DNA from: Tubiluchus corallicola
Taxonomy: Eukaryota > Animalia > Priapulida
Reading direction: 5' to 3'
DNA length: 64,000 nucleotides
NCBI GenBank assembly: GCA_030141605.1
Contig: JAQGDQ010000267.1
Coordinates: 62,001 to 126,000, forward strand
The notes beneath the pieces were generated by a model. The model was not told where the DNA came from and searched no databases. It saw nothing but the letters and a program-made list of their open reading frames with translations. How positions within the stretch are numbered: position 1 is the first letter of the stretch; each line of letters begins with the position of its first letter. The position numbers and the translations under genes were made by a program. Below are positions 13,379 to 27,500 of this stretch, piece by piece.

Positions 13379-13832
13379 TTAATGAGTTGTAATTGCTTAC
13401 TGAAACATTATTGCTGGCCTGCAAAATAAATATGCCATACTATAATTAATTTTTTGCTTACATCTTGGCTTTTTTTATTGTGTTGCTATTATTTAGAGTA
13501 GCATAAAAAACAATTATGACACAGGTACTACAGAACAAAATGATATTCGACCAGAAGTATACCTGTCCCAGATGTAGGCATACATGTTTTGTTTCAAGAA
13601 CGAAATAGGCCCCACTTAACATTGGGGATGTGATTTTACAGCGAATTGCAATATTAGCAGTTTAATATTCTTTACATGTTGCATGTTTACAAATTTACTT
13701 TTTGCATAATAAGTTTTTCTTCTAAAAACCATAAGCACAACACTGCCCAATTTAAAACCACTCCTCCGCATTGTTTTGTTCCATGAGATGTTATTAACAG
13801 CAAATAATGAAGGAGAGGAAAGAGGGGATATA

Positions 13833-16150
13833 CTAGCTTATATTTCCCAATTTTTGCCTCAGAAGTTCATTCTCCTGTCGTAGTTGGACTATCTCAGCCA
13901 TCAGTTCTCTCTCCTTCGAAGCATATTGTGCCAGCATCTCCTGTACTTGAAGCTAAAATATATGAGAGAAATTTTAAAAGCAAAGTCAACTATAAGTGAC
14001 AAAAAGAGTTTCTTAAGGAATCATGATTTTTATTAGCCTAAAAAATTTGCACCAGATGGCGAATGCTATGCAGCAGCTAAACCATATCTCTGTCCAATCA
14101 TATCACACACGTGATTCTGTACCTGCTTTTATCTATAATCAGATCTAGATGCCACATATCGTTCTAACCAGTTTGCCCCCACGAGCCTGGACAATACTTT
14201 GTCATTGTCAGTACGTCTTTGCCCAGGCTCTAACCATGACAAACTCCGTCTCTAACTCTGACTCCTACTCTGACTCTACCCTATCTGCCTAAATTCACCT
14301 ATATATGTCACCACGGTCTGCCCCATTGCGTGCCTGTTTTTACTTCTTACAGGTTCATTTCTGTCTAGACTCTGTTCAGCTTTCTGTACCTGCTTTGATC
14401 CATCCGCTCTGATCCGAACTGACTGACCAATCCAGACTATCTCATTCTATCTCCATTCAACCGATATTATGCAAACCGATAATGTTCCAGTCAAGTGACA
14501 ATTCTGGCTAACACAGATTCCATAATGCAGTTGCATTCAAACTGACATACTCAAACCACAGAAATTTGTGCCGTCGCTTTAGGTAAAACTTTAGACGATT
14601 TTATTAATTTCGACTCTTTTTAACTAATATCCTATTTAACTGAGCTTGAAAATTAGCTTGCCTGCAAACGTAAAGTGGCGACAGATGCTCCTGTGTGAAT
14701 TGCAAGTGATTGTAATGATTTTGAAATATGAATTAATGAACTCAGCTTAATTCAATTCTGCAGGGGCACGAACCTCTTCCAATAGTATTTCTTCTTTGTT
14801 AATTCACTGACTTGTATTTGAGATCAGTTTTTGTCTTACCTAAATACGCATTACAGATATGCGACAAGAGGGACACTGTGCCTAAGGTGGATAGACCGGA
14901 TTACCATTCGTTTTAGAAAATTGTCGCTAATTACTTTCAAGCAGTATGTGGATAGTTAACAAGCAATTCATTTTCACGGATGTCCTTGTCTTTATATGTA
15001 AGGTTGAATCACCATCTCTAGGTATGTAAATTCACACATATATATGGTAACATGCAGGTCTTACCGGTAACATGTAAAACTGTCTCATCATGTCAGTTTG
15101 CACGTCACGAATACGACAATCTAAATGTTCTTGCAAGTCGTCAACTGCATCTTTGATCATTGCTTGCACGTATTTCATCTGAACCAGAGACACTGGTATT
15201 TCCACGGTTTTAGCAATTGCACTTTCAACAGTAGATGTCACCATTTGTTCTGCAGTAGTAGAAGACAGCTTTAGATCTGTGAGATGAGCAACTATTGATT
15301 CAAATTGGTCATTCATTTCTCGTCTAGGAGACTCTATAAGTATCGGACCACATGTTCCGCCAGAGTTTTCCACTGGAGAACACAGATGCATTCTTGGGTT
15401 ATTGCACAATTCGCTAGAATCCGAGTGACAACTGTCTGCAGCACAAATAACCCTTTCATAGCTTGTGTCATTCGATGAAAGCCCATTGTTGACCACCTTT
15501 TCGTCTTTTTCGTCATCCTTAACTAAAGATAGGCAGTTTAATCCCTTCGGCTTTTGTCCAGCCTCATGTTTGACTTCGGGATTTTCGGTAGTTTTCAGGA
15601 GACAGTCTTCATTTTTTACAGTAACAGTGACGTTTGGTGAACATTTTTGGGAAAACCTTTCAGGTTGACCTGAAATCATAGATGATCGCAATACTGTCCT
15701 TGCGGTTGACGTCATTACAGATGATGATTTTTCATGTCTTTGCTGTTGCCTCGTATTGTGCACTGCAATAACATTATCATCAATAAATGTCTTATCTACA
15801 GTGTTACTGATATCACTTTGCTGTTTAGTTGGGAATGCTACATTCTCAGCCACAGGCTTAGTCTTGCGAGCCATCTTTGGACTTTGCCGAGTCACCGAGC
15901 AGGAAATCGTTCTTTCATAGTCGACTTTCCTGTGCATATGTGGACTGCAAAAAATAGTTTTAGCAGGCACTATACCATGGTCACTCTGGTTCGAACACTG
16001 TCCACTGTACCAGGAGAGTGATTCGATAACCTTGGTGATAAACGGACTAGGTCGCCGTGGAGATGCCAATGCTGGAGATGATTTCTTTGGCGACTTTTCC
16101 ATTTTTGAGCACCTGTCACTCACTGCACAAGACGTCCCACATAGTTTCAT
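13833..16150 (-). CDS. Protein with NEDD1/GCP-WD-like C-terminal gamma-tubulin-binding coiled coil behind a Ser/Pro-rich disordered region (~401 aa if started at 16150)
   Basis: Exons 16150-15065 (after ttttcag acceptor; CCG|GTAAGA donor, phase 0) and 13952-13833 (TAG). C-terminus QMKYVQAMIKDAVDDLQEHLDCRIRDVQTDMMRQFYMLP|LQVQEMLAQYASKERELMAEIVQLRQENELLR resembles the NEDD1 tail (IQNMIQETLDDFREACHRDIVNLQVEMIKQF...LVAEIERLREENKRLR, recalled). No WD40 exons recognised. Confidence 0.75.
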
Positions 16151-16743
16151 CTGAAAATAGAATTGTATTCATGAACCTTAAGAATTATAATAGAGCTTGA
16201 TATATATATGTATTGTCAAAATTTTGTTTAAAAGTGTACATTAACAATACTGTGTTTAACAGCCGTTAAAAAATTCAATGCCGAGATAATACTTCAATGG
16301 CAGATTCTGTAAAATCAAGACAGTTTCTCATGTTTTATCCATGTTAATATTTTGTCAACTTTAAATTTTTAGGTTTTAGCAACAGCAAGATAGCATAATT
16401 TTAAATATTTGACTTAAAATTTAGCTTAAGTGGGATAACTTATAGTTTCACATGATAAACCCTAATAGATATGCCCCGGTAATTGTAGCAAAACAACGTT
16501 GTTAGCTTATCTATTTAATATTACATTAAGACACTAGTGAAAATTACATTTACAGTGAAATCTAACAAATTTAACGCACAATATTGTACGTTATGAATCC
16601 CTTATTAGTACACAACACGGTAATGCCTTAATCATAATAAATGGAAGAAAACGAAAAACAACAAATATTTGAGTTGTGCTTTTCATCGATGAATTAAAGA
16701 CAAAGTAAAGGTGGTAAAGCCTGATGATGATGATGCTTGCGAT

Positions 16744-17155
16744 CAGTGGCGGATTATGATTTTATGGGCCTTAGGCTTGAGCTTGGAACGGGCCTTTTAA
16801 ATGTTGCTACACTGCTGAGCTGACGTGTTTTTGTGGAGCTCTCGTCGTTTGTAAGTTTGTTTAAATTTGTGAGTTTTTGCCCACCGATTGTGATAAAAAT
16901 TATATCTTCGTGATCCTTGAGTTGTGGACTAAGACTATATAAACACGATTACAGCTTGGTGAGTTTCTGGGTTAGATGTCAACTAAAATAAGCCAATCAG
17001 AAACTCTGAAACTCAGAAACTCGGGTCCCTTGCTCTTTTGTCAATTTATTATTTTTTTACAAAAAAAAATTTTTTTTCGTTTTATTTTGCCGGGCCCCTT
17101 TTGATCCCGGGCCTTAGGCTTCAGCCTATTCAGCCTATAGGGTTATCCGCTACAG
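16744..17155 (+). mobile_element. Non-autonomous hAT DNA transposon, short copy, with 8-bp TSD
   Basis: Ends CAGTGGCGGAT...ATCCGCTACAG (imperfect TIR); flanked by perfect direct repeat CTTGCGAT (16736-16743 and 17156-17163); near-identical to the ends of 59776-60529. Confidence 0.92.
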
Positions 17156-17265
17156 CTTGCGATGTTAAACTGATCATGTCTATGCTGGTGATGATGTAAG
17201 GATGATATCGGCGCTGATATGGATTAATGGATTAATAATGGTGATGACGACATTTCATCAAGATC

Positions 17266-17770
17266 GATGACCAAAATCATTAATTAGATTACGAATTAAT
17301 TACATTACGTGAATGCCAAAAGTTAATAAACCATTGCGGTTTATTTCACAACGACTATTAAAATTGCGGTTAATCGGTTGAAGAAAAGAGACGCTGAAAA
17401 TTTGTGAGTCAATCGGGACTTGAACCAAAGAGCCTCCGAAGGAACTAAAGCCCATATGCTCTGCTACCTAAGGTACTGGTTCGACATGACAGGTCCATAT
17501 ATCTCCCTACTGTGGCGTGTGTATAAGTTACGCAGTAACAGTAGTTGAATTGTATGCTATAAGGGTCAGAACTCAGGCCTGATCTGCCGTGCTGGATCAG
17601 TAACTCCGGTGGCAGAGCATGGAAGATCTAATCCCAGGGTCTCAGGTTCAAACCCGAGTGGTTCACACTTCTCCAGCACCTTCTTTCTTAGCCGCGAGGT
17701 GAAATATACTGCAATGGTTCACTAAATTCTCGCGTTCACAATCATAATCTAATTAATGATATTAGTCATT
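17266..17770. mobile_element. Palindromic repeat element with two divergently oriented tRNA-derived heads
   Basis: Left arm (17266-~17496) is an imperfect reverse complement of right arm (~17581-17770); tRNA-like units at 17406-17482 (-; B box GGTTCAAGTCC) and 17594-17665 (+; B box GGTTCAAACCC). Confidence 0.75.
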
Positions 17771-18899
17771 ACCATCATGATAACGATGATGATGATAATG
17801 ATACAATGATAATAGCTGGCTAACTTGAAAAATTGAAGAATTTTCACGAAGTCACTGAGCTAGGCTTATATTTAGAATGCTGATTAAGTTTACCACTGTG
17901 CCGCGTGCAGACTATTTGCAAGTTATAACTGTTATTTTCATTTGCGATGCTTTGCTTTCGATTACTCAAACGCCTCAGATTTTGATGACTTGGCAACAAA
18001 AAACCAGAAACGTTCGTTAGGAAGAAGCCATGATACGCCTATTGGACGTACCAAAACCACCAAACCAGAGAATCAATGAAAATTGGCAGCATCATTCTAA
18101 CACTTTATGAATAAATAAGTCGACAAATAAATAAATAAAATAGCCACGTGTCTACTTTCTTTACAAAACTACAGAAGCGTGTTACAATTCACACATTTAG
18201 ATGTTCGAAAAAATAATCGCCAGGAAGAAATTAGAGTCAAAAATATTTTGTTAACAAAAATGCCTTTGTTGAAGTGGCTGGCCACAATGAGCACTGTATC
18301 GAAACTTTAAGTCTGTTAGTGAATAAACACGTCTCACAAGATAGATTCTGCCATTTATATAAAGTTGCCCAAACTCGCAAATTTTATGACATTCCCAGAA
18401 AACGCTCGTCAGAAATCAAAATGGACGGCATCTCAGCTGGATGTTATGTCGCCCGCAAAGTGAGAGCAATTTATTTTACTACCTTATGGACAGTTTTGCC
18501 AAGGAAAATTGTAAATGGTGTGAAAACTTACGAGACGCTCCATAATAGCAATAAAATCCAAGCTAAAGTAATACTGGCGTTTCATGTGTTGCACACACAA
18601 TGCAACATTATATCTATAACCAAAAGCAACAACAATCAATAATGCTCTGCTGCAAATGCTGCACAAAAAGAAAAAAAAGAAGTTTCCAACGACCTATATA
18701 GTAGATATAATACAAAAACGAGGGAATTAAAGTGAGCGAGAGAGAGAGAAATAGAGAGGTGGAAGAGGCAAAGAAGGACAAAAAAGAGACCAAAGTAAGA
18801 GAGAGAGGAGGAGAAAAAAGTGGGAGAAGACAAAAGAAGGAAAAAATAGGAAAATGGACATTAAAGCTATATTTAGCTGGAAAGAGATTTTGTAAAATT

Positions 18900-19190
18900 T
18901 GCAAAAGATCAATACGGCACAGTTCGTCATCAACATCATCATCAGCAGCAACAGCAGCATTATCATCATCATTATCAGCAGCAGCAACACCACCACCACT
19001 ATCATGATCATCGTCGTCATCGTCAAGCAGTGGATAGCAGTCACAATGGTAACAACAACGGCGGCAACAACAGCATCAATTGCTTCTTTTTCGTCTCTTT
19101 GTTTTTTCCTTTATTACCACCAGCATTACTCAATTAATTTAAAACTTGTCGACTCGAACAATAACAATAACAAGCAACAACAAACATCTA
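18900..19190. repeat. Low-complexity CAT/CAG/CAA trinucleotide mosaic
   Basis: Degenerate triplet runs visible directly; source of several spurious ORFs. Confidence 0.8.
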
Positions 19191-22100
19191 GATACTAAAG
19201 CACTTTTGCATAACTGGGCATCTCCGATACGCTCAACTGGTTAGGCATAGTAAAATGTCGTGAAACGCAACAGAATAAATCAATAAAACCAGAATTCGGG
19301 TTGTAAAACTAGGAGTAATGAAATTCGTTGCAATGCAAAAATCAGTAAAATTCTCACCACGTGATTTCGTTTCGTTTATCGTTTAGTTGTTTAAATTATT
19401 GCAATGTCCAGTAATTATATTTTTTGTAACACTTTTTTCGATTAGTTCAAAATTTATTATTTTTAAAATAATGTAATAAAGATATTCGAAAAAAAATGAT
19501 CACATTGAGTGTTTATAAATTGTATATGGCTGCGACGTAGGTCTGGTTAACAAACAGATGGGTGGCCAGAAGAAAAACTGGCTCTGAGCAGCTTCATCTG
19601 TCGTAAAGCTGTCATCAGCCATTTTGCTACGTGAAGGATTTACATGTAAATTATCTGAAGGTGATTAGGACATCTCTATCGGTTTAGTGTCTCATCTTAG
19701 AAGACTATCTTTGATGATCTACATTTGGTAGTTTGTGTTTAGAGTGCTTGGTTCTGGGTTGTAGAGTGCTGAAGTGGTCGAATTTCATAAAAATTGGGGA
19801 AAAGAAATGACACATAGTTTAGCAGATTGATTGTTCAACTCAGCTAACAAATGAAAACCAAACGAGTGTTGCGTTCACTAACAGTCAGCAGGTTAACTGA
19901 CTGGCTAACCCACTTACCTACTAATTGGCTCACTGGCAGATTAACAGCAGATATTCTACAGTATGACCAAACTGGCCTATATCAGACAAACAGACTGACT
20001 GACTGACCATGCAGCATCAACTATTGATGAGTGACCGCAACCGAATAAACGATTTGATTTTCATTAAAATGCGAAATGAGCAGTTGGTTTAAACAACGTT
20101 ATTTGTAAGAAAAGAGTTTCTTAGATTACTTTGCGTTCATTTACTGCATTGGAGGAGTATACTGCTTCTGTTTGGCCTTTAGCAGAATAGAACAACAACA
20201 TCTTGGCTGTTTGGATGCAGTCCAGTTTAGCACCGACATGGTAACTACAGCATTCCCGGTGTCTGCTTGTCCTTAAAGGGTGATTTTTTGAAAAATGGTT
20301 AGTTGTGATTTTATAAGGCAAGAATAACTGGCAACGGATTCAGATAAAACAAGAAATTTCCGGAAAAGGCAAAGGTTAAATCGATTAATGGCATGTAATG
20401 AATGCTCAGGATCTACACTGATCTGCCATAAGCTTAAGCAGTACACTTAGCATGAAGAGGTTTTACTAAACTGAAGCCATATATCATGTCATGGCTCATT
20501 GAATGTCCAGATCGATAATCATTGTTATGCAAATCCATGAAGCAGAAAGCAAAATCACAGGCAAATTCAACCTACATCTCAGTAACCGAAAACTAAACTG
20601 AAATAAAATATACCTTAAAATGATTCATAAGACGTGCACTAGCTCGATTCTCAATTTTCTTTGCTTGCTGCAAATAAATAGATCAGCAACGTTTATCTTA
20701 TGATAAACTCAATAGTTGAGGATTTCTTTAGCCTACAATTGAAGTTTTGCATTGTTTTCTTATGCTCCCATGCTGATTCTAAAGTGAATGTTTAAAATTG
20801 TTGCGTGATTAAAAACTCGCTATGTATATAGGTGTAAATTGAAATCGCTGCTGTAAACTTATGAAGCTAAGTTTGATATATGCTAAAATTTTCATAAACA
20901 ATAGATTTAACTACCAAGTTGTCGTTTGGTTCCAGTTGTAAAAGCTGTCAATTTTTAATGAAATTTTACTAATAATGAGGGACTTTTCAAACGCCTGATA
21001 TTTTAACTCTAAATCGTCGAGACAAATTCCTGACGTTTATTGCCAACTAGAACGAAAAATTGCCTGCCACGAAATAACTTGATCAAACCCTCACCATTTA
21101 TAATTAAGGCTTTTAGTTATGCCTACACAGTCCTTTCCATTAAAAACATTAATAGCCCATCTACATCATTCTTTCTTACTTCAGGGTTGGTTTGACTTTC
21201 GAAATGCACTTTTTTTCTTGTAATTTCAAATATTGCACTGATTACGGTAGATTGAATTTTCCTTTAATGAAATAGTTCAGCACAAAATCGGATAAAAGGC
21301 TAAATGCTACACGATTTGATCACTGGTTTGAAACAGGTTAAGTACACTATCCAGATTTTCCTGGTTTCTGATGAAAAATCAATAAAACCGTTCATCAGCG
21401 TCATTACTCTGGATTAGATGGACAAAATTAAATTCTCTCGATGAAACTGTTTGCCTTGCAACGCTGATAATGCAGTAATTTAATATACGTGCATCTGCAA
21501 GAAGAATTATTTTAGTTTACTTTTATGTCTTAAATCTCTAAAACCTACAAACTAATGTGAGGCTTGCTAAAGATTGTCAATTAAATTTATAAAGTGCAAT
21601 AATGAGTAGCTCATTATGGCCAGTTGGACATTGACTCATTAGTCAATTAAAGGAAATCACAAAGGATTGTCTCATGTATGTCTAGAAGTGAATATTATAT
21701 GTGAACACTTACATATCCTACAAAAATTTTGTATCTTCTCAGTAAAGTTGCGCAACCAAAGGTTTCTAGAGGACCAACTGACGGCTCAATACATTTAGTA
21801 CAATAGCTTCGTATTCGCTGCTTGCAAGTACATGTAATGATGATGATGATAATGATGGAATAGTGGAAATGAGCTTGCGTAGTCACCCTTTGCTTCTTTT
21901 TTACGAATGACCCATACTCGAGAGCCTACGAAACACTCTTCATTTTCTAACCGAACTTTTTTCATTCATGATACATTCCTTGGTTGTCAGACGTCTTGAC
22001 GGCTGCGGATTTTTTTGACACAAGTCTTCAAGATCCTTGTTTCATGCAGGAAATTCGCGTGACGTAATGTGCTATCACTATCAGAAATTTATTAGGAAAT

Positions 22101-22454
22101 GATAAATAATTTCAAGACAGGCAAGCAGCGTAGATGAATTTGGAAAAATATAATTGAAGTCTTCCTGGTCGTGAATAATTAATGCGGTTAAGAATGATTT
22201 ATTATCTAGGGACTATCCAACATACAGCACGCTGCTTCGATTTTAACCTCTCTTTAAATTTCACCATGGTATGGAGAAAAATGATTCCAACGAGAGAATT
22301 TCGAAAGTAACAATAAATAATTTACTGAATAAGAAAATAAGGATGGCAGAGGATGGGGAGGAAGAAATAAGCATGATAAGGGATAGATAGAACAGTTAAA
22401 AGAGAGAAAAGAGAAAGGGATCGAGAGATAAAGAAATAGACGAAGAGAGGAGTG

Positions 22455-22705
<251 letters not shown>

Positions 22706-24596
22706 TATTCATATATTTTTTATAGTGCATATACGAAGAATTGTTGACACTCTCCCTTGTTAATATACATGCTCCGTAAACAAAACCATTCTTGCAATAC
22801 TCTTTGTGTGGTGCTAATTCATAAGTTTCACAATATCAAGATTATTTTGTAATTTGTTAGTAGTGCCATAATAACATGACACGGAGGTGTCATTAGACTC
22901 ACCCGCGGACATTCCATTTAGTTTTAGTGCCTTGTTTATGCAGAAACAAAAAGAGTTCGAAAAGACTAGTTTTTCAGCCTATTTACTCTAATTTTGCAAA
23001 ATTCGAAAAGCAGTTTAAAGCACTGTATTGAAGAGCAGACTCTGCGCAAGACCCCCGGTCAATGTTCCTTACACATCTCCAGCTTATCATTTTTAAGGAA
23101 ATTTTTTGCTTAAGTAATGAACCCACAATGTTATAATGCTTATAGTGCTTATAGTCCGGTTCAGTATTCTCTTTGAAAGTATTATTGACAATTAGATAAG
23201 TTCTGGTCACACCACGATTAGCTACATTAAGTAGAATTTGTCTTTAAATGCTGAAATCCAGCATTCAGGGCGCTAAACTATAAAAAAATAGTCGGGAATG
23301 TTCGGGAAAATAGGAAAAAATAGCCACACTTTGAACCTAATGTATTATATCATTACGTTCTAAAGATATGTAAACCTTAAAATTGAAAAAAGAACGTTGC
23401 TTGAATAAGTTTCTAATAAACATACCTCATATGTAGACTTTAGACTAATAATTATTTTATATTTTCACTTATTCCATTTCACAACTGTAATGCATATAAA
23501 TGCATATTAATCGGTCGCGTTACTTAGCACGTTATAATAGTACGCTTCAACACTGTCGAGAGAGCGTAACCCTTTTGCTGGCTTCATCAGAAGCGGTACG
23601 GTTAAATTTGAGAAGCTAGTGCCACCTACAGCCATGTTGGAAATTTTTCATAAATTCCTGCTACTTGGGTTTTTCAGAGTTTAGGGAAAAATCCCACCAA
23701 ACGTAGGAAGATTTTCGTCGCAAATTCCTGATCGTCGTCGTCATTGTCATATAGCCCTTCTCTTCATCTCAGTTGTCATCAAAACTATGTAAAATATTGC
23801 TTTACGAATAGGTAATGAATTTAATTGTTGATGTCTAAAGGGACGCTGCACAAATAATCTAAATTCTGTATTTATATTATTTTAATTTTATATGGGCATT
23901 ATATATCAACATGTCTTTCTACGTTTGTAAATGTGTAAATATTTTATTTTTTTATAAATGCTTTAATTGCATTTTTGTGAGCATGTGTGTTATGTAAATG
24001 ACTGTAAACATTTTGTACTAACATTTGTATTATGTGTTCTGTTACTCAAGAAATATCTCAAATATATCAAATATGAATATTGATTGTTATGATTAGAGCA
24101 GAATCATGTCAATTTTACCAACGGCTGTTGGTTTGATGAGTGCGATTTGTCTAACTATATACATATACTTTTTATACAATGTTGAAACTACTATACTTAT
24201 TTGTTTGTTTATTATACAATATGTTTGCGATAGCAATTTTTATAAAACATAATTTAAATCACAACAATGAGCTTACGGCTGATAAACGATAAAAACGTCA
24301 AAAGATTCAAGGAACATCTAAACAAACAGCTGTGTATTTCTCATGAAGAGGAGATTCTCCGTTGATCAAAGGAAGCCAGCGTTGGCCTACTTTAAATATC
24401 ACTTGGCTTCTTTAAAATTTAATATAGTTTTGCAGACGAAGCAGAAGAAAAACACACACAGACACTGAATAGACTAGCTGCCTACGAGCTTCCTTTGGCT
24501 TACAATGCAAAATACCATGATTATATTGTGCTACTCTTGGACAGGAGAGAGGGCACACATTAAGCTCATGATAAGGTCATTGTTAAAATAAACACA

Positions 24597-27500
24597 TTAT
24601 AATGCTGTAGAATCATTCAATGTATAATTCCCATGATTCAGTAAATCTTCTGTCAATAGAACCCCTAGAAATAAAATGGCAAAATCAATCAGCTCAACTA
24701 GAAAATGGGGTATACATTCTGTCAAAAATGCAAATTTCTGTATAATTGTCAACATCTATGTTTTCGCGTCTGATGTTCACATAGAAGTCAAAGGAGAAAA
24801 ACTGTTTACTATTTTAATAATACACGTTCAAAACTACAAAATAATTTTATATTATTTTAAACTGAAGAAATAAATGCATAAAATGACAACTTCACGTAAA
24901 ATAATATTTTACTTTTTTTCAGTTTTTTACACAGCTTGGCCAAACACAGTGAGAATGTTTACCTCTAATGTTTAACGATTATGGCAGGAAAAGAACCGTT
25001 CTCAACAAAGATATCTTTTGATCTGATACTAAAATGTTCTAACCACATTTGGGTGTTAGCTTAGCCGATTTTAGAAAAATATATGTAAGCTGTGAAAGTT
25101 GTATATATAACGAAAAGTGATAACGGGTAGTTACCACTCTAAAATATATTTACCAGCAATACAGGCTGTCATTAGACTAGCTAATGTCCCAGCTATCATG
25201 GAACGCACAGACACACTGACAATGTCAGATTTCCTAGATGGTACCAAGGCACCCAACACTCCAATACAAATCCCCACGGAACCAAAATTTGAAAAATCAC
25301 ACAGGGCATACGTAGCCAATGCTTCCGATCTCGGCTAGAAATGATAAAATTAAATATTTAATTGTATTATATAGTGTAAACTTGGCTTGCTCGTCTTTCT
25401 TTTGTGTAATTTATCTATCAGAACCGTTTTATGTTTGTTTATAAAACAATAAGATAAAATTAGCATAGATTTGTAAACTCATACTTAGCTATCTGTTTGC
25501 AGTTGTTACTTTTGATAATGCCAAACTGCCACTAAAAATCGGTAAATTCTTCCTGGATGTTGTTGACCTTCTAGTTCTTCTGTTTTTATTACATTTTGGA
25601 ATTTGATTTATATTATTACAGTTACTACGTAGGTACTAATTGTATTAAAATAACATCCTTTTTAAAATATAATTTAACTACATCATGGATCATACAACTA
25701 ATTTTTTTCCATTATACATTAGGAATCTATAAACTGTAATTATGAGATATAATTTTCAATAGACTTACAGTCAGTGATTCATTCGTAATGTACTCTCCCA
25801 GCTTTTCATATGCTATGAACTCATTCAGAAAGATTTTCAGTCCTATGAGCTCTGCTACCTTCCCACAATCCTCCCAAGACACGCCCATCATGAATGCGAC
25901 AGGTATGAATACGTACGAACAAATTTCCTGCAAAGCATTAAGAGTGGTATTCATACATCTCTAATTTAGACTCTATCTCAAAATGACTATGCACGAAAAA
26001 TACTTGTCTCTGACATACCATATGAGGAATTCTGGCAAGCAAAGTCTGGTCTTCTGAAAGCACAAGAAAAAGAGGGAAAAAGCGGGAAAAAATTGTCTTG
26101 GATTGAGTTGGTATATAAACATAATACCTGCCTAAAAACAAGTTTAACACTTTCTGCACTTGGACAGAAGGAACGGCTTTGCATTCATCCGAATTCATTT
26201 TAATATTTCGTTCTCAGCCATAGATTTTTAATAAAAGGGAAAACCTGTTGCTGTGAAATATAAGCTCATACCTAATTCATTTATTATCATTCTGTAATAA
26301 GTCGAAAAAAAAAGTATTTTTAAATAGTAACCTCGAAGGATAGTTCGCCATATCCCACCTGTCCACCAAGCCATCCCAATAGGGCATTGACCATTTCCAA
26401 CATGGCGAGAAACGCTATTAGATTAACTACGATGTTAGCAAGAACGTTGCTGGCAATAGATGCCCCATTAGAAGCAGCTTCAATGATGTTACGCTCTTTT
26501 CTGAAATTAGAGTCGATCAGTAAAAATAAATAAAAATAGACATGCTCTTGATTTGTCAGTCATTGCAGGCCTCTTTACTAATGGGTCAGTCAATGCACGA
26601 GTCAGTGTCGCGGTTATTCAGTTGGCGAGGTTGATAGTAAGTAGTTCAAAACTTAGTTGGCTAATCAGCTAGTTAGTCAGCTAATTGCTATGATTAGTGA
26701 TTTAGTAAATTGTTCTGCTACTCCCGTGGTGCGCGTCTTCATCTCCTAATTCATTTGTTTGCCCATATATTACTTGGATAGAAGTACCGAACAAACTTAT
26801 CCTGCACTGCAAGGTCAGCCATTCAACATAACCATTAAATAAACAATAAATTGGTTTATATTATACATATTCTTTCATTGTTAAATAATAAGTAATAAAT
26901 TAGATGAATATTAAATAACTAAAGTGGCCTACTTTTACCCTTTTGACATATGAACGTCCTTGGGGGTTTTCAGTCTGAGCTCTACTTCTGGATACATAAG
27001 CTTTGACATTACTAGAGCTGCTGGTGCTGACATCACTGATGCACTCAAAAGATGAGAAGCTTGCATCTGTAAAAAGTCTCATTTGAATAAGGCTTTATTT
27101 GCTCGTGAACCAGTTCTGATGCGTCAGAGAAAATTGGTAGATTTGCTCTATGAAAGCAGCTAAGTGAATAATCATCGTGTTCGTGTAGTTAAATACACAG
27201 TGTCTCAAAATTAGATGTAATACTAGAAGATGTACTTATCACGTTTTTTTCTATGAGAGAATCCTGCTGGTGTCTTTTGAAATTAGATTTAATTAAAAAA
27301 TTATCTAAGGTAAGCGATTCAACAATGAAGATGGGAAAAAATACACGACATTCAGCCAGACATCTGATAGGGACCGTAAAGCTACTCACAGTATATCAAC
27401 AGGATCAAGGAGGAAAGTACTTTTTGTTGTGCATTTAAAACATTTTAATGGTCGACTTAAATATTATACAAAATTATACCTTTCATTGAATACCAAGAGG

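Noticed and set aside
14307-14500. Solo LTR (TGTCAC...GTGACA) in the NEDD1-like intron
   Set aside because: Only 6-bp terminal match, no TSD, no second copy in the window.
18274-19198. Cluster of overlapping ORFs
   Set aside because: Produced by purine-rich and trinucleotide low-complexity sequence.
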